Shown here: positions 18,691 to 25,561 of the stretch, one piece after another | How the letters are laid out: the number at the start of each line of letters is the position of its first letter | Position numbering within the stretch: position 1 is the first letter of the stretch | From: Promethearchaeota archaeon | GTDB taxonomy: Archaea > Asgardarchaeota > Lokiarchaeia > Sigyniarchaeales > SOKP01 | NCBI GenBank assembly: GCA_016926735.1 | Contig: JAFGOA010000184.1 | Coordinates: forward strand, 1 to 25,561 | Direction: 5' to 3' | Length of the DNA stretch: 25,561 bases | Translations under genes and position numbers: made by a program | Notes under the pieces: model-generated | The model's database searches: none | The model's input: the letters and a program-made list of their open reading frames with translations, nothing else | What the model was told of the DNA's origin: nothing

Positions 18691-18724
18691 TATAAAGGTT
18701 TGAGGTGTACTTTTCGAACTATTT
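18691..18724 (-). promoter_or_regulatory. Shared 34-bp promoter/operator motif P, copy 2
   Basis: tataaaggtttgaggtgtacttttcgaactattt. Confidence 0.7.
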
Positions 18725-18778
18725 ATAATAACATAGATTTTTTTATTTTAATTTACTATTTTAAACTTCTAATAATTG

Positions 18779-18817
18779 TTTCACGATCTTTATTCATGAA
18801 TGGTTCATGAAATGAAA
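18779..18817 (-). repeat. 39-bp inter-gene repeat, copy R9 (core ACCAT)
   Basis: tttcacgatctttattcatgaatggttcatgaaatgaaa. Confidence 0.96.
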
Positions 18818-18924
18818 GAGAAAATAAATTTCTAAATTTGTAAAATTTTGGTCCATATCCATTATAAATATTATAGAATATTTTTTTGAATTATATAATT
18901 TTTATTTAAATTATCTAAATAAAA

Positions 18925-19875
18925 GTGATAAATCTGAATAAAATTAAATTAAAAAGAAAGAAATATTTTACTTTAGGAGCATTGATATTAATATCTGTTT
19001 TTCTTTTTGAAAGTAGCTTATCTTTAGGATATACTCAGAGATTTCTTTGGCAAAGATATGAAAATAATTTATATTCTATGTTATACGGAGGTCTTGCAAG
19101 AAAAGAAATATCAAAAGTACAAGCACAAGGGGATGTTGTTTATGATCCTTCTGGAACAGGAAGTGAATTTTATGGGCTTTATTTGTATAATAAACAAGAA
19201 TCTTATGAGTGGATTGCGTGTCATATGGAGAGATTTATCAAAGTACATATTTATATTTCTGTATTAAGGAGAGATCAATATAGGAATTATTTTACAGGAT
19301 ATTATTCTGATACGACTTCATGGCGTGCACCTATCCAAGGTTTATTTGCATTCACAGGTGATACTGATGATATGATCTTTACTGATAATTCCCAATATTC
19401 ATGGAATTGGAATATACAAACAAGTGCTACAACAGAATATTTTGGAATGCAATTACAATTAAGTGATGGTGATTGTGTTATTGGTTCTGGAATACCCAAT
19501 GCGAATACCTATGGAGAGTCTGAGGGGGAATATAGATATATGGGATATTGTAGTTTTTTTAAAGGATTTAATCTTTTTCAAAGTGTTATAATAGATGCAA
19601 GTGCTTTAATAAAATTACGTTTAGATAATTCACTTGCTAAAAGTTATGCAAATGGTAAATATTGGGATTACTATTATGGTTGGGAAAGAATAACCTATTT
19701 ACAAATTAAATTTAAAATAGTTTTTGAGTTTTGTAACGTTCATCCACTGAGTACAGCGGGTCCTCCTCAATCATATACTCACATAATTGGTGATAATTCT
19801 GTTCCCTCAACTTCAGGATGGTCTGGTACAGATAATTATATAATTTCTTTTAAACCTGGAAATTCTCCTCTTTAA
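18925..19875 (+). CDS. Hypothetical secreted protein (Tyr/Gly/Ser-rich, beta-rich)
   Basis: 316-aa ORF with a basic plus hydrophobic N-terminus and a T-tract right after the stop. Confidence 0.75.
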   Translation: MINLNKIKLKRKKYFTLGALILISVFLFESSLSLGYTQRFLWQRYENNLYSMLYGGLARKEISKVQAQGDVVYDPSGTGSEFYGLYLYNKQESYEWIACHMERFIKVHIYISVLRRDQYRNYFTGYYSDTTSWRAPIQGLFAFTGDTDDMIFTDNSQYSWNWNIQTSATTEYFGMQLQLSDGDCVIGSGIPNANTYGESEGEYRYMGYCSFFKGFNLFQSVIIDASALIKLRLDNSLAKSYANGKYWDYYYGWERITYLQIKFKIVFEFCNVHPLSTAGPPQSYTHIIGDNSVPSTSGWSGTDNYIISFKPGNSPL

Positions 19876-19898
19876 ATCTTTTTTTTTTTCTTTATGAG

Positions 19899-19937
19899 AT
19901 TCACGATCTTTATTCATGATATCTTCATGAAATGAAA
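19899..19937 (-). repeat. 39-bp inter-gene repeat, copy R10 (core AGATA)
   Basis: attcacgatctttattcatgatatcttcatgaaatgaaa. Confidence 0.96.
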
Positions 19938-19972
19938 GAAGAGATATTTAATATATTATATTAATAATTAGA

Positions 19973-20614
19973 TTATTTCAAATCTAATCCAATTTTTTCT
20001 ATAATTTTAGAGTTTTTTGGGATAAAAACTTCTTCTTTTGGAGTTATTAAAGAATTATATTCTTGATTTAATGCTAATTTTCTTTGAGTATTTACAAAAT
20101 CAGTCAGATCAATAATCTTCAGAATGGCATTTGAAGCATATTCTTTAAGAAGATTACCACGAATCCCAATTTGAATTGCTCTTCTTTCTAATGGATTACC
20201 TATTGGATCATGATCCGGATCCCATTGTAATCTAATGTGTGACTTATTTAATGCTTCTTTCCAAAGTTCTTTATTTGGATATAATACTTCAATATATGTG
20301 GAAGGTACTGCTTCTTCCAATATTCGTTCAAAAAAGGATCTTTTTATAGAAATAGCTAAAATTCGATTTTGTCCTTTTTTAGTAGCCCATCCTGACCGAT
20401 ACATCATCCATAAAAAATTTGGTTTAATCCAACTCATTCTGGTAAATTTAAAACTTCCTCCAAAATAACCATTGTTTAAAGCAAAATTAGCAATATAGTG
20501 ATTATAAGCTTGGTATACGATTATTGATTTATTATTATATTGTGCTAAAATATATCGACCTTTAGAAGGCCAATTAATCTTTTGAATAGAGTATTTCTCA
20601 TAGATCAATTCCAA
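19973..20614 (-). CDS. DUF4291 family protein
   Basis: Family-typical motifs IVYQAY, RMSWIKPNFLWMMYRSGWA and QWDPDHD...RRAIQIGI. Confidence 0.85.
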   Translation of the reverse strand: MELIYEKYSIQKINWPSKGRYILAQYNNKSIIVYQAYNHYIANFALNNGYFGGSFKFTRMSWIKPNFLWMMYRSGWATKKGQNRILAISIKRSFFERILEEAVPSTYIEVLYPNKELWKEALNKSHIRLQWDPDHDPIGNPLERRAIQIGIRGNLLKEYASNAILKIIDLTDFVNTQRKLALNQEYNSLITPKEEVFIPKNSKIIEKIGLDLK

Positions 20615-20713
20615 AAATAGTTCACTAATAATAGAAAATTGGATATAATTAAATAAAATAATATTGTTATAATAAATTTACTAGAATTAGATTGAGAGAT
20701 ATCTTTTTTTTAT

Positions 20714-20752
20714 TTTCACGATCTTTATTCATGATATCTTCATGAAGTGAAA
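20714..20752 (-). repeat. 39-bp inter-gene repeat, copy R11 (core AGATA)
   Basis: tttcacgatctttattcatgatatcttcatgaagtgaaa. Confidence 0.97.
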
Positions 20753-20886
20753 TAAAGACTTCTATAATACACTATAGTTTTCTTTAGCTACTTTAAGTTT
20801 CCATAAAATTTGTATAAAATATATAAGATAATAAAAAATTAATAGAGAGGGGTAATATATATTTTTTAAAGATATTATTTTATTTG

Positions 20887-21096
20887 ATGACAGATATTAT
20901 GGCAACTGAAAAAGAAAATGTTATAGAAATGATAAAGGAGCTTCCTGAAGATGCAACAATAGATGATATTATATATCATCTTTATGTAAAAAAAAAAATT
21001 CAAATAGGTATTGATCAACTAGATCAAGGTAAAGGAATCCCTCATGAGAAAGTGATGGAAAATGCTAAAAAGAGATTAGAACAATGGTTAAAATAG
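20887..21096 (+). CDS. Putative type II antitoxin
   Basis: About 69 aa, LPEDATIDDIIYHLYVKKKIQIGIDQLDQGKGIPHEKV pattern. Overlaps the start of the downstream RelE/ParE gene. Confidence 0.8.
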   Translation: MTDIMATEKENVIEMIKELPEDATIDDIIYHLYVKKKIQIGIDQLDQGKGIPHEKVMENAKKRLEQWLK

Positions 21097-21368
21097 AATG
21101 GTCACCCACCGCTCAGCATGATTTAACCGATATCATTGATTATATTGCTCAAGACTCTCTTGAATATGCACTTATTTTTTATGAAGAAGTTCGCGAGAAG
21201 GTTCAAAATTTAATCCAATTTCCAAAAATAGGAAGAAAGATTCCTGAACTTGATGATTCAGCTATTAGAGAATTGATCCTAAAAAGTTATCGAATTATTT
21301 ATAGAGTTCATATGGAAAAAATAGAAATTATTCGTATAATTCATGGTTCTAAAATCCTAAAATTTTAA
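21084..21368 (+). CDS. RelE/ParE-family type II toxin
   Basis: 94 aa with WSPTAQHDLTDIIDYIAQDS, FPKIGRKIPE and YRIIYR...IIRIIHG. Confidence 0.9.
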   Translation: MVKIEWSPTAQHDLTDIIDYIAQDSLEYALIFYEEVREKVQNLIQFPKIGRKIPELDDSAIRELILKSYRIIYRVHMEKIEIIRIIHGSKILKF

Positions 21369-21490
21369 AAATATTTAAATTAATAATAATACCATAAATG
21401 TTCTATTCACAGAAGGTTTTGATGATATTGTGCAAATAATAAATTCTTATAGCAAACATATTTTAATAGTTAATATAAGCAATAGTTCGG

Positions 21491-21529
21491 TTTCACGATC
21501 TTTATTCATGGCATCTTCATGAAGTGAAA
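21491..21529 (-). repeat. 39-bp inter-gene repeat, copy R12 (core AGATG)
   Basis: tttcacgatctttattcatggcatcttcatgaagtgaaa. Confidence 0.97.
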
Positions 21530-21661
21530 GAGATACATAAAAGTTAAGATTTTAAGATAATTAAGCAATTATAATTTATTATAAGAAGGAGTTATATGAT
21601 CCATCCTCATCGATTATAAAGTTATTAGAATTAGATCTTCAAAAAAAATATCATATTAAAT

Positions 21662-22405
21662 TTAGATAAATTCAATTATAAGTACATCATCTCTATTCCA
21701 AAGTGAGGGGCCAAATTTAACTCTATTTTTATCTTCTTTAGTAACACCAATTGTGTCTCCATCTTTCACAACCGGACCATTTTTAAGTAAATAATCTGTG
21801 AAATGATAAAGAGAAAATAATATATCAAATGGATTTTTTCTTGTATTTTGAATTTCAATTTCCCTATGTCCAAAAGTATCCATTCCGGTTGTTAATATAT
21901 TGTGTGTATCATCCTTATTTTTTTCTATTCTATATTCAATCCATAAACTGACGGGTAATAAATCTTTTTCAAGACATTCTTTTCCTATTTTAATAAGGTA
22001 TTCTGGTGAATTTACAACTGTTCCACTTCCCCAATATATGCCTTTAATTTTTATCAATTCCGTAATAGATATGATTATTTTGGTAATAATAATTGATTGT
22101 TCTAAAATAAAGTAATTTATATCACTTCCTATATATGAAACTATATAATGACCTGTATGATTTTTTAATTCTTTAGTTGCTTTTGACCAATAATAGGCAG
22201 TAGCACAAGGGCCTTCTAAATCACTCCATGGTATTGGTTTAGGAAGATCCAAAATGAAGAAAGCATTATTATTATCTAAAAAAAGCATTATTATTCCTTT
22301 ATCATTATCAATAGAATTAATTTTTGGAAAGGATATCCAATCGTTCTCTATTTGTTTTTTTAATTTTTTTATATTTATCTTTTGATTATTATCAACCATA
22401 ATCAT
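21662..22405 (-). CDS. DUF4261-domain protein
   Basis: C-terminal TTGMDTFGHREIEI...YLLKNGPVVKDGDTIG motif. Start codon uncertain. Confidence 0.8.
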   Translation of the reverse strand: MIMVDNNQKINIKKLKKQIENDWISFPKINSIDNDKGIIMLFLDNNNAFFILDLPKPIPWSDLEGPCATAYYWSKATKELKNHTGHYIVSYIGSDINYFILEQSIIITKIIISITELIKIKGIYWGSGTVVNSPEYLIKIGKECLEKDLLPVSLWIEYRIEKNKDDTHNILTTGMDTFGHREIEIQNTRKNPFDILFSLYHFTDYLLKNGPVVKDGDTIGVTKEDKNRVKFGPSLWNRDDVLIIEFI

Positions 22406-22497
22406 TCCAAGTGCTCTCCTAGTTTCTTCTTTTTTTTCTGAAATTTTATATTCACTTTCTTTTATTATTATTGGTAATATTTGAAAGAATAGTTATT

Positions 22498-22531
22498 TAA
22501 AAAGATTTGAGGTGTACTTTTTGAACTAATT
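22498..22531 (-). promoter_or_regulatory. Shared 34-bp promoter/operator motif P, copy 3 (diverged)
   Basis: taaaaagatttgaggtgtactttttgaactaatt. Confidence 0.65.
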
Positions 22532-22555
22532 TTTTACATAAACTATGTTATATCG

Positions 22556-22594
22556 TTTCACGATCTTTATTCATGAAAGGTTCATGAAGTAAAA
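22556..22594 (-). repeat. 39-bp inter-gene repeat, copy R13 (core ACCTT)
   Basis: tttcacgatctttattcatgaaaggttcatgaagtaaaa. Confidence 0.97.
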
Positions 22595-22617
22595 AAGAAA
22601 AAAAAATTTATATAAAG

Positions 22618-23160
22618 TTACCATAAGAAGAACTTCGTTAGAATAAATGCAATTGTTAAATATATCATCCACGCAAATATGCTATATATAACGAGAGATA
22701 TAATCTTCATACTTAATTTTGTATTTTCAAATGTACTAAACCGATTAATAAGTACTAGACCTCCACAGAATAGACCTGCCCCAACAGCTCCACCTAAAAA
22801 GAGAGGTAATAATGGAATCATAAAGATATACATCCATTTTTTTGGAGGAACAATAAGCCTAGTCTCCATTTCTTGCTCTTTTTCTTCAATTTCATATTCC
22901 CATTTATTAGTTTTCTTAATAGGAATAAAGGTAAAAATCGTTTTTTTTCCATCAACACCTATTTTCATTTTTGATTTTTCTCTAGTTTTAAATTTTGGAA
23001 TCTTTACTTTTGCAAGTTGATCATCAAGATATAGACGATATTTAGTGGTTAATTTGCTATTATCAAATTCAAATTTGATCTTATGGTTATTATAATCAAA
23101 TTCAACTAATTCTTTTTTTGAACCTGTTTTTTCAAGATAATTTAAAAAATCTTTATCCAT
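22618..23160 (-). CDS. Hypothetical membrane protein (soluble N-terminus, C-terminal TM helices with GGAVGAG)
   Basis: ATG 23160 (MDKDFLNYLE) with AGGTG upstream is preferred over the track's TTG 23259, which abuts motif P. Confidence 0.72.
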   Translation of the reverse strand: MDKDFLNYLEKTGSKKELVEFDYNNHKIKFEFDNSKLTTKYRLYLDDQLAKVKIPKFKTREKSKMKIGVDGKKTIFTFIPIKKTNKWEYEIEEKEQEMETRLIVPPKKWMYIFMIPLLPLFLGGAVGAGLFCGGLVLINRFSTFENTKLSMKIISLVIYSIFAWMIYLTIAFILTKFFLW

Positions 23161-23272
23161 TTTTAATACACCTTTTTGATTTGATTTCTGTCTATTTTTT
23201 ATTACATAGCAAATATTTATTTGAATATAATCATTTGATATGAAATAATTATATTGCAAAATTTGAATAATA

Positions 23273-23306
23273 TATAAAGGTTTGAGGTGTAGTTTTCGAA
23301 CTATTT
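23273..23306 (-). promoter_or_regulatory. Shared 34-bp promoter/operator motif P, copy 4
   Basis: tataaaggtttgaggtgtagttttcgaactattt. Confidence 0.7.
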
Positions 23307-23431
23307 ACTTCCTATAGTTAAGGATATATTTTTAGTAGAAGACTAATTTTAAATATTTGGAAATATAGAGATTGCTATTGAACAATTGATAAAAATAACA
23401 TTTCTATTAATTATTAAAAATATTAAAGTTG

Positions 23432-23470
23432 TTTCACGATCTTTATTCATTAAAGGGTCATGAAGTGAAA
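23432..23470 (-). repeat. 39-bp inter-gene repeat, copy R14 (core CCCTT)
   Basis: tttcacgatctttattcattaaagggtcatgaagtgaaa. Confidence 0.96.
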
Positions 23471-23526
23471 GAGAAAGAATTGATTTTTAATAATCAAAGA
23501 AAAATGACAGATTAAGATTGAAAATT

Positions 23527-24129
23527 TCACCTGTATATTCTTTTCATATATATTAAACCATTATCTAACCATTTTATATACCATTCTAGAAATCTTATCC
23601 GTCTTTTATCTTTTCTACTTTTCTTAAGTGGAGTAATTCCTTTATTTTCAACCCTATAATCTCTCCATATAGTTCCCTTTTCTTTTCCTGTAACAATTAA
23701 TAACATCCATTTACAGCACCCCATATCACTAATAGGAATGCTTCCATTAATCCATTTTGAATTATAATAATTATCTAAAAACCATTCCTCATTATCATCA
23801 TTTGGTTTTGGAGGATTTAAATTCCATTTTGTACTATGTGGAAAAGATTTTGTAAGATCGCCAATTTCAAAATCAATTTCTCTTTCTAAAATCTTATTTA
23901 TAGGTATAATTCCATAATTTGGTCCAGCACCTCCATTACCAATCTGTTGTAGAAATGTTCGATACTCTTCAGGTAATTTTATCTTATATTTTTCTTCAAT
24001 TTTCTCAATTTGATGTGCTGTTAATGGAGGATTTAGATTATATTTATGTCCATTTGCTCCAAATAATTTAAATGAATGATCTATTTCTCTTAACTTATTT
24101 AATCTAATTTTTATATTTTCAAACTCCAT
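23527..24129 (-). CDS. SMI1/KNR4 (SUKH) family protein, putative immunity protein
   Basis: IEKIEEKYKIKLPEEYRTFLQQIGNGGAGPNYGI, ISDMGC...LIVTGKEKGTIW and FLEWYIKWLD. Confidence 0.88.
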   Translation of the reverse strand: MEFENIKIRLNKLREIDHSFKLFGANGHKYNLNPPLTAHQIEKIEEKYKIKLPEEYRTFLQQIGNGGAGPNYGIIPINKILEREIDFEIGDLTKSFPHSTKWNLNPPKPNDDNEEWFLDNYYNSKWINGSIPISDMGCCKWMLLIVTGKEKGTIWRDYRVENKGITPLKKSRKDKRRIRFLEWYIKWLDNGLIYMKRIYR

Positions 24130-24199
24130 AATAATATAAATAATAATTTTAGGATTAGTGATATTTTATAATTAAAACTATATATATGTTCTTTACTGT

Positions 24200-24238
24200 T
24201 CTCACGATCTGTATTCATGAAAGGTTCATGAAGTGAAA
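24200..24238 (-). repeat. 39-bp inter-gene repeat, copy R15 (core ACCTT)
   Basis: tctcacgatctgtattcatgaaaggttcatgaagtgaaa. Confidence 0.95.
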
Positions 24239-24271
24239 TAAAGACTTTTAGTAGATATTTTTACTAAAAAT

Positions 24272-24964
24272 CTAATATTCAAATTTTTTAGCATTAGATC
24301 TTCGACATTTATCAATTAAAGCATTACTATCCAGAATATCAATGAATCTAATTTCTCCAATAGTTTTAAATGCTTGTTTAATAAATTCATATACTAAAAT
24401 CTGTTTTTCTATAAAAGCAATCCATATCTTTTTGAAAATATTTTTCCAAATAATTCCTAATTCTTGTTCTAACCAAGATTCTATCTCTTTTTTTTCGATA
24501 TCTGAAGCAATAATCTTATTAAGACAAAATTCAACATAACGATATTTTACTAAAATATATTTTTCCTCAGGTACTTCAAGGTCGTCATACTTGAGGAAAT
24601 TTTCTATAAAAGTATAATGACATAATTTAACAATTTTATCGATAATCGTTTTATTTAATATGATTAACTCATGCTCTAAGTTAATTTCTAAGATAGGAAT
24701 TATCATAGTTTTAGAAAGATGAACTAATACCTCTTTTGATATATTATGATTAATTTCTTTATTAGCTTTAAAAAAAGTATCTATTATTTTTCCAATAACG
24801 TCATCGTAAGTTTTATCTTTTGATAATTGGAATTTTAACCATGACTATTTGATATCAAATGGATCTTCTCCTTCTGATATTTTTATCTGATGGAAAATCC
24901 AATCTATAGTGTTTGATATATTTTGAATTATTAATTCTTCATATTTTGGATTATATCTTTTCAT
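24272..24964 (-). pseudogene. Hypothetical protein (about 230 codons) interrupted by one in-frame TAG
   Basis: ATG 24964 (MKRYNPKYEELIIQ...) is in frame with the listed 24272..24706 ORF. The only interruption is TAG at 24847-24845. Confidence 0.65.
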
Positions 24965-25129
24965 TTTAAAATCTACTCAATGATAAAACTCTTATAATTA
25001 AATTAGATATTTTAATAAATAGCTTAAATCTTGACTATTATTAAAATTGTTTAAAAAATCCTTAAATAAAAGAAGAAATGAAAATTGATTAATTTTAATT
25101 TTTGATTAGAATATATAATAATACAATCA

Positions 25130-25168
25130 TTTCACGATCTTTATTCATGAAAGGTTCATGAAGTGAAA
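25130..25168 (-). repeat. 39-bp inter-gene repeat, copy R16 (core ACCTT)
   Basis: tttcacgatctttattcatgaaaggttcatgaagtgaaa. Confidence 0.97.
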
Positions 25169-25265
25169 ATGAAGACTAAGAGATGATTTTTAAAAAATTG
25201 TTTTGCCTTCTTTTTCTAAAAGATTTTTATTTTTTTCTATTTTCTCATTTGCTACTTTTTTAAAA

Positions 25266-25304
25266 GTATAGGATCTTTATTCATGAAAGGTTCATGAAGT
25301 GAAA
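25266..25304 (-). repeat. Inter-gene repeat, copy R17 (first 6 bp replaced; core ACCTT)
   Basis: (gtatag)gatctttattcatgaaaggttcatgaagtgaaa, with 33 bp identical to R16. Confidence 0.93.
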
Positions 25305-25561
25305 GAGAAATAATAAGTTTACAATTCTTTATATAGATTTAACAATCATTTTTCAATTTTATTTATTATAATATATAGAATCAGCAAAATTAGTAATGCT
25401 TAAAATACACATTAATGAATCTTCCTCTATATATTACCTTTGATAAAATTTTATTATTGTATATGATAAGAAAAAACATATGAAAATTAGGATTTTAAAG
25501 AGATTTATAATATGTTGATCTAACAAGATTAATAAAAATTGGTCTATATATAATTTAATAA

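Noticed and set aside
10467-24539. Short ORFs 10467..10652, 17478..17663, 17905..18141, 18125..18370, 19058..19267, 19302..19499, 20235..20468, 21900..22115, 22679..23020 and 24342..24539
   Set aside because: Antisense or out-of-frame shadows, or AT-rich spurious frames with no recognisable motifs.
24845-24847. Pyrrolysine read-through of the in-frame TAG
   Set aside because: TAG serves as the normal stop for several genes here (2395, 21096, 24272), no pyl genes are visible and there is no conserved motif context. A nonsense mutation is simpler.
1212-25304. Canonical CRISPR array
   Set aside because: Intervals are 97-9290 bp and contain whole genes, repeat cores vary, and there are no cas genes or leader in the window.
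1212-25304. Classical integron attC sites
   Set aside because: The repeat is only about 39-41 bp and lacks RYYYAAC/GTTRRRY ends. Genes lie in both orientations with their own promoter-like regions, and no intI is seen.
1212-25304. Repeat as a simple terminator or promoter element
   Set aside because: It occurs between convergent (R4, R8, R10, R12), divergent (R3, R7, R9, R11) and tandem gene pairs, with orientation independent of transcription direction.

Overview
Very AT-rich archaeal-looking window. BRE/TATA-like promoters, a UGA-containing redoxin and large secreted S8/PKD proteins are consistent with an Asgard/Lokiarchaeia-type genome (inference). Its dominant feature is not in the ORF track: a 39-bp non-coding repeat, TTTCAC-TTCATGA-N5-TCATGAA-TAAAGATC-GTGAAA, present 17 times. 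Consecutive copies are mostly 0.6-1.3 kb apart and almost always enclose exactly one unrelated accessory gene or one toxin-antitoxin pair, so the region reads as a gene-cassette array that is neither a canonical integron nor a canonical CRISPR. Copies 1-6 (1212-7080) point one way and copies 7-17 (16371-25304) the opposite way. The flip lies across a 9.3-kb block holding a truncated SDR gene and two convergent dockerin-bearing secreted enzymes (PKD-GH5 glycoside hydrolase and S8 protease). Cargo includes a PfkB kinase, a flavodoxin-like protein, a probable selenoprotein redoxin (UxxC) missed by the ORF caller, CaCA and GDT1 cation transporters, an ICMT-family methyltransferase, DUF4291, a RelE/ParE TA pair, DUF4261, SMI1/KNR4 and several secreted hypotheticals. 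A separate 34-bp promoter-like motif precedes four unrelated genes. No recombinase, integrase, cas, rRNA or tRNA gene is visible in the window.
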